DNA from: Catajapyx aquilonaris
Lineage: Eukaryota
DNA length: 50,311 nt
Reading direction: 5' to 3'
Assembly: GCA_000934665.2 (NCBI GenBank)
Contig: KZ538735.1
Span: 1-50,311, forward strand
Shown here: piece after piece, positions 33,301-45,400 of the stretch
How the letters are laid out: every line of letters starts with the position of its first letter
How positions within the stretch are numbered: position 1 is the first letter of the stretch
Notes under the pieces: model-generated
The model's database searches: none
What the model was told of the DNA's origin: nothing
The model's input: only the letters and a program-made list of their open reading frames with translations
Made by a program: the position numbers and the translations under genes

Positions 33301-36300
33301 TGGGTCCGCCATACCTGACCATTCAATTTTCAGATAAGAAAAAAAAATTGGGCCATGCATTGTGCAGTCTGAAAAATTCGCACGAACATATCCCCCCCCC
33401 TCTGCCATTAATTATCGGCAATAATGGGCCTAGGTGTAATTTCATCCCTAGCACCAGGGGTATAATTACGGACCAATTACAGCGTCAGTTCGAATTTTGG
33501 CAAGTTCCAGACCGCTGCATTATATTGGCAATATGCACCGTGCAAGGTCAATGTCTTTCTTTTTGTTTGTTACAGGCGCCTGAAGGCAGAGTTGCAGTTC
33601 TTGAGGAGGAAAGGTGCCTTGAAGGCTGGTGGTGAGTTGGAGAGGGCATGTGCAAGATGCAGATGCGAGTTGGGACGCATCATCAACCGTGGTGCATTCT
33701 GCAGAGCCTGCAGACTCAGAGTATGCAAGGGCTGCAGGGAGTACAACTTGAGAGGCACCGATTGGGTCTGCACCGTCTGCCACAAACACATGTGAGTTCT
33801 ATAACCTCTTCCACAGGATTGTCCATATACCTGCAGGGTCCACCCCCACGTACCCTTTTTAACCACCCGCCCCCATCACGATTCTTTTTTACCCCCACCG
33901 ACCACCGACCACCTCGTGCTGGCGTCTCCAGTTTCGGAGAAGGCCCAAGGCTACTACCTACATGGTTGCCGAACACACAGGAATTTCCGATCTGCCAGCT
34001 GACTGTCCAGTGGAAGAATCGGGGAGGAATGCATGTGAACGCCAAGTGACTCGAATGGCCGTATGGGGCATGATCTACTTGTCACTAGTAACCATATTGA
34101 TGAGCATCCAGCAGATTTTAATGTTTACAGACATTTATACTTTTTTGCATAAGTGAGACCTTTCAACCGTGACTCACCGTCTTATAGCCATGGCAACATT
34201 GTAAGTTGGGGCTCGGCTATCGGTTGGGTTTTGGTGGAAGCCACTTGGGAGAGTGGTGCTTGAGAAGAAGCAGGGGGGACAGCACAACAAAGACCGAAAA
34301 ATGTGAGGATACAAGTGCAGAAAAAAAAAAGTGTTGTGGTGCAATGTGCGGGACATCAGGTGAGGACATGCCGTAACAATTTTCACATAATTACGGGTCC
34401 GGTGTTGTACAGTGCGCGGCTCATTACGGGATGGTGCAAGCAAAAGTGAAACAGGTCTTTTCACTTTCATATTTGGCTTAGGGGGGTGTTCACAAATAAT
34501 GCACACACAAATTTTTTTCATTAAAAAAAAAAAAGCCAACCTTGACACCTATCGTATAAGTCTGGCTAAAAGCCATGCGTGGTAATGTCTTCGGATCTTT
34601 CCAGTGAGATCCAAGTGGCCACCGGAGAATGGATGAACGAATTTATCCGGAGACCCAGCAAACGGAGGGACAACCGAGTGTATGTACCAACCACTGACGT
34701 CATCAAGAGGAGCATCAAACGATCCTGGACCATCTCAAGTGAGTTTGTCCACGGTGAAGGTTGAGGACACAACATTGAAAAATATTTATTCCAATGGGTT
34801 TTGTTTTCAACGAATTGTCGCAACAATGGTACCGCATACCATTCTTTTTTTTTCTGAGCGGTGATTGCTGAATGCCCGAATAAGGACCGGTGAGGAGCAT
34901 GCCTTTAGGGGGATTTGAAGATGGAACGTGACCTGATCTTGCCGCCCCTTGCCATTACCTATGTGAGACGTCACTGACTTGGTAGAACCTCTCGAAAAAC
35001 GGCACCGTTTGCGTGCCTTGTCTTTTTTTTTCCGGTTGAGCCTTTTTATTTTTAGAGCTGTTAATCATAGGCCGATTCGTGATCACAAACAGTTTGATGT
35101 TGTGGGTATTACCTCAAGGCTTTTTTAGGGAAGGGCGTGGAAGGATTTACCTCCATAACTGTCCTGCCTTTTATTGTTGCTCTTGTTCGGTTGTTTTTTT
35201 TTATTGCCCGTGACTCGAGTGCGTAGGAGTTTGTTTTTTGCATAATTTTTGGGCATGTGCCTGTACGATATGGCCACCTCCGATTGCGAAACGCGGCCAC
35301 GTTTGGTCCCAAACCCGTTTTTGCACACCTCACTAGCCATGCAAATTGATTTCGAAATTTTTGTTAGATTAAGACTGGAAAGCAATGAAATTTTGTGTGG
35401 AACTAATCCCGTTCGGAGATACCAGTATGCAAATTCTGACGTTTTAAAAGGTCCACTTTCTAACCTTCTCGAGGATGCTGCGTGTCAACTCTTTAGTCTT
35501 AAAAGAAGGTACTAAATGTAGGTGGTTTTTTATTGCTTATTAAAGGTCATAATTGTTAGGTTTTGTTCGTTCGAGTAATATTTCTTTGAGAAAGTACGCC
35601 AACCACATCATATGGTACTTGCTGCAGTATTTTTCTGATAGGATATTACAGGTGACCTCATGCATTGTGTAACTCCCCCTGGAGGCTTTCCACTCTGTGA
35701 GATCACTGCAGCTGGAGCAATAGCCTTGAATGTTAGCTGCACCGCGTCGCACGTACACACACAGTTGCAGAAGACATGTCAGGAATGCCGTGGAAAGGGC
35801 AAGGGCAGCCGCTTATTATTCCTGCTGTTAAGCTACCGAGCATTGTGTTACAGATCCGCAAAGGAGTGGTGCTCGAGGTTCACCAGAGCTGCGTTCCTAC
35901 AACACACTTTCGACCATGCAGAGGCCGCTGAGGGAGCTCCAGCGCCTTCCTGGCGCCTCTGGTGACGGCGCCTCTTCAGAGAGGGACCCTGAGGAGGAGG
36001 CGGAGGATGAGAGGCGGGCGGCTTCGTGGACCAGCCCTGACCATCCCAGGTTTCATCCCAGGAGGGGAAGGCAGCTGCCTCAGGTCCCGGTGGTCAGGTC
36101 CTCCAGCATGTCTGATGCTGACAACAGACAGCACTGGAGGGGAAGGAGGGTCACCTACCACCACCAACCCAGGCAGAACCATCAGTTGTCCAGGCTTCAC
36201 CCCGAGGTAGTTGTCAGGTGTCACCATGAATGTTTGAACAAGCACATTATATGGGGTAGTAACCTTTACTGTCCATACACTAGGACATTTTAATGCAGCT

Positions 36301-39300
36301 AGTACCAGAAAGATAAGGGGTCAAATTTTCGTCCCGTTGCTTGTTACTGCTAACTTAGCAGTGTCTAGCAGTGGGACTATAATTCAACCTAAAGAAGCTA
36401 GTTTTTAACTGATCGAAGCCTGTCAAAGCTTATTCATAACAGAGTTGAGCAACATTGCAGTGGATGTTTTCCTAAAACCCGTTGTTGCCAAATGCCGTCC
36501 TCGTTTTGTCTCGTGTCATTGCGTGATACACATACCTAATTAAACTGTGAAGTCAGAGCGTGTTGTAAACACCTGCATAAGAAAAGGGTATTCTCGTAAG
36601 TAGAGAAAAAGTGCTTGCATAAGCAGAGAGTTTCCTTTGAGAAGTAGTTAGTGTTCCCATATGAGTTTGCTACATAATGCCAAATAATTGCTTTACTCTA
36701 TTGCAGGTATAGGTGTATTGAAAGTGCTGGCAATAAAAATTATATGTGCTCATGACATGAGATACAGTATACAAATGTAAAAGTGTAGGAGTTAGGAATA
36801 GAGATAATGTGCCAGTTCTGTTTGCTCTGTAAATGGATGACATGTTGAATGAAATAATTTAATATCATAATAACATGTAGGCTCAGTCATATTTTCCCAC
36901 CATTTTTATTGAATGTGGCAGTGATACGAGATTTAGATGGGAGATATTTTGCCCGTGATTAATGCAAATTACAAAGCTTAGTCCGTGTGAGTCACTGATT
37001 AGAGTTATTGTAACTTGATAAAACTGTAAACTTCCTTTTCAGACAGGTAGCAAAGCAATTTTAAAAAGACAACGGAGTATTGATAGATATCACTGTACAA
37101 TGTACTTCAGAGTAGCAGGATATTCACACACTTGTAGGTATTATTCTGGAGATACTGTATGTTATAGTTAGGTATGGATAATGTTTTGGGAAGTATAAAG
37201 AGAGAGATGTACAAAGTCATTGACACAGTTTCAGTTGTAATGATTGCACCATAATTATATCTCTTTAATTCAATGTGAAATTCACACTGTAGCAAGCAAT
37301 AGTTACCTTTTTGGTTAGGATTAAAAATCTAAAAGCCCAATGGTAGTAGTTGTGGGAAGCTGCATGTTTTCACTCGACTTCGAGAGACTGTGAATGTGGC
37401 ACATGGGCCAGATGTAGTAAGCTACAGCAAAATAAATGTTATTTGTTAGAAAATTATGTCTGAAGATGCAGTACCATATCAATACAAAGTAATGATGGTA
37501 TGGCATTCGGAGTTTTGTGCGACAATTACCCTCTAAAAAGTCATCTGTACATTCAGAAAGCTATATAGCATAAGTAAATTAGTTGTTACATTTGGCTTGT
37601 GATTCTTAGGTTTCCTGTGACATTGCATTTAAACTGTCCTTACGAACTATTGTGGTCATAAGCTACGTTTGCAAAAACTAAGAGTTTCTACAACTTCAAT
37701 GCCATAGGTTGACAGAACTTACTAGCTCACTTATTATAAACTGCATTTAAAAAAATATTGCCACTACATTTTAAGGATTGGCATGTAGCGGTACTCTCAA
37801 AATATGTGAATGAAAAGGGGTGTGAAAGTAACTTGGCTTGCATCTGATTGACTTTGTATGCAATCACATTTTGGATCAAGACTGCTGCTTCTCATAGCTT
37901 GGCAAGGGCATTTGACGTCATAAATAACAGAAAAATTACCGTATTTTGTCCTTGCAATACAGGATGCACTGGATCTAAGCACACCTGAAAGCTGAATAAT
38001 TTTATGTCACTCATATTGTAAGAGCTCGATTCATTAGGAAGACCGGAATTGGAAAGCATGTGATTGATTTTATTGACATGGACAGATGCTTCATGATGGC
38101 CATGCATAATAATAGCAATAATGGATAAAAGTGAATACAACATTAAGCTTTTACTTGCTCTGATAATTCTACTCCACTGCAAACAGGTCATCCTCTGTGG
38201 TGATGACTGATAAGATTAGACTGGAACACATCAAGCATGAAATATATGGTTTTTGTGTGTCAGCTGATACCAGTCCCCTATGATATAGGCCATTGTCAGC
38301 TGTTATTGAATGATCACTCCAGATCCCCATACAAATGCAGTTCACATTATTGGCTGGGCCGTTTATGATTCTATTGTGCAACACTGCAACATGTGAAGCA
38401 TTGTTAATAACTTTACGCACACGATGGACCAGTATGTGGATTGGATCAGAGGTCATTATTCTTTTATTATTGCTGCATATTGAAAAATCTAATTATGGTA
38501 ATTGAACTACGATAGATTTTTTTTTTGTTTCTTGTAATGTACAAATGTCAGGTAAAGCCTGGAGTTATGGTGTTCTTCCAATGTACACTATTTACACTAC
38601 TTAACAAACCTATCAGTTAAGCCACATAAAGTAACGTTACAATCAACCATCAGGAACTCTCCTCACTTTCTCACTAGAAGGGTGTGCCACAACCTGATCT
38701 TGAATGTGAAATATCCTATTCTTAAACTTCTTAATGAATACATCATTTCCTCATTTGGTTTCAGTCAGTTTCTACAGCCATTGTCATGCTGAGGGAGAGT
38801 GGCCTTGAGTGAGGTGACAGCTTGTGGTAACAGTTAGTCAAAAACTTTTTGTCTGGCAAATATTATCAACTTTTTTGTGCATATAGTGGCTTCATTGTAG
38901 GGTAGGCTACAGTACAATACGTAGATTTGAACACAGTGAATGTGAGACATTCTTGGTAATATTGCTTAATATTTGGTTAGATGTTTATTGCTGCTAGTCT
39001 GGGGAGAACCAGGGATGCAGCTGTGATTTGATTATTTTTATCTGAGAGAAAGCATATTTTATTATTACAACAGCATACATCCTTAGATAACTCCTTACAC
39101 CACTGCACAATCATATCAGCATTTTTTTTTTTTTTTTTGCCATTTCATAAGCCAAATGTGTGACAATCCTCAAAGAACAAGGGCTGCTTCAAACAATACC
39201 AGAGACCGTAGCTTTACGACTGCCTGAGTGGTCACTTCATCTATTGTTTTGACTTCTTTATCTTCCACAGCTGCCTTTAATGGCAGTAGCAAGACTTGAT

Positions 39301-40200
39301 TAAGTAGTGCCTCAGCTTGCCATCGTTTTGTGTAAAGTTTGAGGGCAACCTGCATAATATTATAGACCTTGCTTCTAAATAAGCAAGCACAATATGAGCT
39401 TAACTGTGCTGAGTGTATTATTTTTAGAGTACTAATTACCAGCGCACACTAATTACCAGTACCAGCAGGGAGAAACTAATTTTAAGAGAATGACAGCCTT
39501 CATATATGGATAACAGGAAGTCCATATCATGATACCTGTCACAGTAGTTCTAAAGAACTGAACGGTGCAGAAGCAGTTCCACAACCACATCTCATATGCA
39601 CTGCCTTCCCTTTCCAGGATGGTCAGCAGAGGTCCACGTCTAGGAGTCCATGTAGCGACCGCATCCGCCCCTCTCCCTCCCCATCCCTCTCTCCCTCTCC
39701 ATCCCCCAGGATCCCCAGGAGAGTTCCAAGGGACTCTCCATCTGAAGAAGAATCCTCTCCTGCTCCATCACCTGCTGCCTTTGGATCGCTGGATCGCCCG
39801 CAGAGGCGTCGGTTCCTTCGTGCTCAGACAGTAGTAGAAAATGACCCAAGACGCAGGCGGCATGTATCCGACGAGGGAAGGTCTGCTCCAGGACTCACTA
39901 CTCCAGTGCCTCCACCAAGGAAGAAGAGCCCTGCCAGGAAGGCCAGGTCAGAATCGTTTAAGGCTGTGAGTGATGGTGCGACAAGTAGTGCCGAAGGTGA
40001 GAGGGGACCCAGGCCAGCACCCACTGGCAGTGAGGAGGTGGAGAACAGTGCAACTGATAGTGTTCCAGAGGCTGCTGCAGCCATGGGCAAGAAGAGCCAT
40101 TCCAGCCCGGAATTCGATGTGGAACCACTCAGTGGGACAGTGTTTAGGAAGGTGGCAGTTAAGAAGAGGAAGCAGGAGAGCAGCAGTCGGAGGAAAAAGG
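30383..40200 (+). CDS. btsz: Synaptotagmin-like protein (bitesize/SYTL), N-terminal Slp homology (Rab-binding) domain with zinc finger and linker; partial
   Basis: Exons 30383-30519 (DLSQLSEAERNAILEVIRRDDSLRRKDRQRV), 33576-33791 (RLKAELQFLRRKGA; CARC..CRACRLRVCKGC..WVCTVC), 34605-34738 (TGEWMNEF), 35854-36206, 39618-40200. All GT-AG; phases 2, 2, 1, 0, 1 are consistent. Confidence 0.8.
31496..31715. mobile_element. Tc1/mariner-type MITE with ~68-bp TIRs and TA duplication
   Basis: TA-CAGTTGCGGAAATTAATGGAGAAGCACAAGTATCGC..CCTTTACATACTGTA versus TACAGTATGTAAAGG..GCGATACTTGTGCTTCTCCATTAATTTCCACCACTG-TA. Confidence 0.8.
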
Positions 40201-40695
40201 GTAGGTGGCATTTTAAGTGCACAGTCCTCTCCTTGTTTGAAGTGAAGGGTTCTAAGTGACAGAAGAAATTTTGAAAACCCAGTTGATCAGTTTCATGCAA
40301 ATTGGCCAATGAATGTTGCTCACCAACATTTTATCACAGTGCACCTTTTTTGCATCGAGCACTTTTATATTTACTGTTACCAATTTGAACAAAAGTTGCA
40401 GGATAATTACGGTGCTTCAAGTCATATGAATTTAAATACTTTATCATGCAGATGATGGACATGATGTAATTTCAAAATCTAGGTAGTCTAAAACAATAAG
40501 TTACTTAATCTAATGAATTGCTACAAAAAATTTAGGACAGGCGAATTTCTCTGGGAAGTTCTTTTCCATATGCAATTGCAGTTTGATGTAGCCTAATTAA
40601 GTAATTTTTGTGGATGTTGATTTAAGCATAAAATCAAGTTTTTACTTCTGTGTTAGAGCATTAGAATTTGATATTACACATATTTTTTTCCCATA

Positions 40696-40748
40696 TAGAG
40701 TCGAATTTTCGTCCCACTGCTAGCAGTAGGACTAAAGTTCCACTCCTA
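40696..40748. repeat. short palindromic dispersed repeat (related copy at ~36314-36392)
   Basis: TAGAGTCGAATTTTCGTCCCACTGCTAGCAGTAGGACTAAAGTTCCACTCCTA is imperfectly self-complementary; AATTTTCGTCCC..CTAGCAGTGGGACTA recurs at ~36324-36379. Confidence 0.5.
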
Positions 40749-42473
40749 GTCTGCAACTACTGTCGTTTCCTCAACTATGTGGCACTTGGTAGAGGTTAAA
40801 TTGAATTTTTAATGTTGACATCTTAGTAACATTATCAAAGAAATGCTGCCCATATATGACTTTTAAAGCAGTCATGTAAAACACTGACTACGATTTATGC
40901 AAATCAATGCCTGGAAGCAAATAATGACGAATGTGTCAAGCAGTAAATAAGTTGCAACTTTTGGGATCAAGTTGTGAAACTATTGCACTGTGTGTTTTTT
41001 TTTAAATTGCAAGGAATGTTACGTGACATTGGGTTGCTTGACTGAAGGGCTCAGTCTCAGATCATTGCACTGGCACCGTTGTATAATGTTGCACGAAATT
41101 GCTCCACTATTGCAATTTCATTTTTTTCTTCTGGCACTTTGCAAACTTTCATATCAGCAGTGATTGGCAGGTCATTCACTCCCAATGATGCCAATCCATA
41201 TTTACATACGTGGGCTATTCTTTGGCAAGGGACTCGCACACATTAGCATCCATTTGTGAATATGCTAATTGTACTTTCATGACTGCCTTGCGGTGTTGCC
41301 ATTCAACATCGCAAAAATATGTTTGTTACAATAACCAGCACAATAGCGTGTGACTCAGAGTCATTAAATAAGTACTTCACTTATCTGGAGTAGGATGCTG
41401 AATCATGCTTAAAAGCAGCTGAAAAACTAATTTTTTTTCCCCCCTTCGACACGCTTATCAGTGTTTAGTCCCATATTTTATGGGGCCATGAAAATGTGTA
41501 ACAGTAGCTTGACCATATACTGGCCAGCACAATATTTTTTTCTTTCTTTCTCGCACTTGCTGGACTCGTGATGTCGTGATTCAAGCAACTGTTATGACTT
41601 GTGAACAACCAAGCAGGTGACATAAACATCGCGTAATGGTCCAAGCGACCTTCGCAGCATCCTCTAGCCTGTATAGTTCATGTTGCCAAAGAGTAGGCCA
41701 AAAAATCATATGAATGGATGTCAACCAAGCATATTTTCAAGGTTTCCCACCCATTTCTGGATGACTGTACGTTCAATGTGGTGTGCTGCTTCTTTCACAC
41801 ACATTTTTTCTTGGACCTTTTCTTCTTCGCCACCCATCTTTATCGGTACTTCTTGTAGAAAGATGCCTCCTTGCTTGCCTCTGCATGACTCCTGCCTTTT
41901 TCTCTCGTTTTTTTTGGCCTGTTTTTATTGCACTGGCCGCCTACTAACACACACTGGCAATAAAGTACGAGCTCTTTTTCTGGGAGCGTATGTGCATAGC
42001 ATCGGAATCACGGTTTGTCCCACGCATAGAATAGCTTTAATTATTTTTCGGGGGGGTGGCCCAGGGGGTTGGTATTGCTGGCCTTGGACCAGGTGGAAGA
42101 CCTTCTGTGGTTATGAGGGGGGGCTTTGGTGGTGGTGGTTTGGTGAAGGTGGTGGTGAGAGGGGCTGGTTTGAAAGAGAGAAAAAAAAGAAAAGAAAAAC
42201 TAACAAGTCGAATTTTGCGACCCAGTCCGGGCGAAGATGGCTCCTCTGCTCTTACTGACCCCGCCGTGGATGACCTCGGATGGTGCCAGTGGTTCTTCCG
42301 CCAAGATTTTGCACGAAATCAAGCGGAACTCTTGCAGCGTCTGCTAACACACCTTCTTCGCTTCTTTATTTTATTAGTGCTTTTTTTATATATAAAATTA
42401 ACTGACCTGGGCATGGGACTAACTTGGGGAGCGAGTGCATGACAAAAAGGACAGTGGCGGCCCTGACACTGTT

Positions 42474-45400
42474 ATGCTTGCCGCAAAAGGTGGCGATGCG
42501 GAAGGCGTGGCTGCTGTGATGGCCTCGCCCATGGTCAAGAGGTCGAGGCGAACCTTCTTCGAGCAGTTCATCCGACACGAGGTGAAACGAGTGGTGCTGG
42601 CCACCAAGAGCAACAAGGAGAACGTGCCGTGTTCATCGCCTGTAAAGGACATGTTCCAGCATCCGGAGACAGTACCGGAGGACAGCTCCAGCTCGGACGT
42701 GCCCAACAAGGAGGACTTTGAGGAGAGGGTCAGCCTGCACCACTCGGACATCTCCAGCCTGATATTGCAGTACCACAGCGACACAGCCAGCGACATATTC
42801 CTGGACACTGACAAGATAGTGCCTGAGAGCGACGACTACAAGCTGGTGTTCATCAGCTCCGATTCCTCTAAAGAGTCGGACATGAGTTTGGATTATTCGG
42901 ACCAATCCGGACCGCCGTCTCGGTGTGTGTCCAGCGACGACGCTGGCTGTTTCATCGACGAGAGCGATTGGGACTATTTCGACGCCGGTTTTCGACGTGC
43001 CATATCGCCTGAGGGGGTGAATGCAGCAGGTGCAATGGCAGCAGTAGGGGCAAGGACAGGGAGGAGCGAGTCTTGCCCGCCCACTTCTCAACAGCAGAGG
43101 ACTGGCACCAGGCCCAAAGCAGCTACATGGCGAGGTCAGCAGTCGGAGACGGACTCGCCGTCACCAGGTACTGAGAAGAAGGCTCGGAGGAAGAAGAAGA
43201 AAGGGTTGTCAGCATCCTTGCCCAGAAGCTTCTTGGCCACGAAGGAACAGGAGGAGATGCACTCGCTGCTTCCAACGCCTGCTGACTCCCTGGTTGCCGT
43301 GCCTCAACGCACCAAAAGGTCAAGGATGGCTGGGGAGGTGGAGGACAGCGCTGTAGAACCACAGTCCCAGTCCGGAGACACAACCATGTACACGGACTCG
43401 CGACGGTCCAGCGGGGATCGGAGTCTGGAGGAGATCAGCTTCTCAGACCATTTCCTGCCACCGGACGACACCTGGTTCTACAGGCAGCCGGTGCTGGTCG
43501 AAATCTCACGGAGCCTGAGTGAAAGTGACTTACGCGATGCTGGGGGAGCAACATCAGCGCAGGAAGACACGCCGCGTCATGCATCGGACGTGCCTCCGCA
43601 ATCCCAGCTGCACTCCTGCACTTTGCCCCCACCCAGACGCCGTCGCCGGATGCAGCAGTTGGAAGGAACCTGGCCCAGGCAGAAGAAGCACACCCTGCTG
43701 CCATCGTGCTGGTGGACTCCGTTGTCCAGAGTGACGGTCGAGTGCGTACAAAACGCGGGTCCGGTCACCCTAGTGCGGGTTCGCGAGACCAAGTGGCCGT
43801 CTGACTACAGCATGGACCGTGTGTCTTCGCCGGACCAGCCCGGACTGGCCCTCCTTTTCGAGGAATGGAGCGGCGATGCGGAACGACAGCCGGTCTCGCA
43901 CGACAGCACCCGCGGCCCTGTTGACTCTACAAACACATTTGAGGATGAGGAGCGCTGCTGTAGTGACGCCCGGGACGCCCCGGTAGAGTGTGTGAACGCC
44001 GCTCTGCTGTTATTGCCGGACGTTGCCCCTGCTGCTGATGAATCCGCAGAAGAGAGTGATGGCTACGAAGGGCTGGAAGGGCTGTTTGAGCACCTGTGCA
44101 ACAGTAGTAGTGACTCACTACCCGGTGTTGTTGTGATGCAAAAGCCCTTATCGGTTACAGTGTGCGATAGTGAGGATACCACCTGTGGCTCGGCAGAAGT
44201 GAACATGCATGTGCGAGAGGCGGACTCGCCAGCAGCTGCGGAAAACGGCGGTGGTGACGTCAGTGACGCTCAGGTAATCAATTTGGTTGATAGCCACGAA
44301 CTGGGTTCAATGGAGGCCGACACGCCAGGACCTACTTTTCAAAAAGTAGACAGCACCAAAGTGGAAAGCCCCACCCTGCAGGAGGAGGAGTCGGACAACG
44401 AGGATGCCAAATTCGAGTACTCTGTAGAGCTGGGCGAGTTTACCTTCATATCTAATAAGCAGCATAGAAGCCGGAATTCATCCAGTTCGAGCTCGCTGAC
44501 TGGTAGCGACATTGAGGAGCTGCCGTCCACGACGTCCCCGACGCCTTTTATCCTAAACAGCGAGCTTGGATTTGAGTCGGATTCGGCCAGTTCTGCTAGT
44601 GATACAGGCTCTGAGGGCCACAATGTGACTAGAAGCTACCAGGTATGTTGGGACGACGTCGACGACGCCGCCGCCGCTGCCGAGGAGGACAAGGGGTCGG
44701 ATTCCAGCGTGGCTTCCGTTCCCACGGTTCCCACGGAGGAAATGCCGGAAGTTCTCACCAGTAGTGCACAAGAAAACGAGGTAGGCAAAGAGTTGGCGCC
44801 ATCTGGAAGTCATGGCCCAAGTGAAGAGAAAGAAGCCGGTGATGGTGACCCCATTCCTGGTTTGGCGCCAGGAAGTGGAACGGTGGAGGTGGAGGAGGAG
44901 GTGGAGGAGGGGGATCCTCCAAGTACACCTGTTGAGATAGAGCGAGGAAAAGCATTGCTACCTGAGCTGCAGACTGAGGAGGTGCTGAGTGACGATGTGT
45001 CCGACAGTGGTGTGTCTTCTGTGCCGGATGTGGTGCCCAAGTGCGACGATTATTCGGTCGACTTGTACAGAGGGGCCAACATAGCCAAACACGTGTCGCG
45101 GTTTGAAATAACACGTGCCAAAACGCCGGAAGTGAGAAGTGTGACTCCAGATCGGAACTCGGAAGGTGTGTCCAGTGGGGAGGATAAGCTCGAGTCGGAC
45201 ACGGACTCGCAGGACACTGTGATCGAAGGATGGGCGTACCAGGAGCTACGGCAGTTCGCGATTAGGCAGAAAATAGCGGCGGCTAATCGAGAGGTGTCCA
45301 CTTCGCCTTTCCAGGAACAGGAAGGATGTAAAGTGGAGGACATTATTGCTGATGCTTCTGTGCCTTCTAATAATAAGGAAGGTTTATCTAGAAGCGGGCG

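Noticed and set aside
41680..42442. 192-aa and 128-aa ORFs upstream of the giant exon
   Set aside because: Low-complexity sequence (G/T-rich, A runs) with no recognisable domain; likely intron or 5' UTR.
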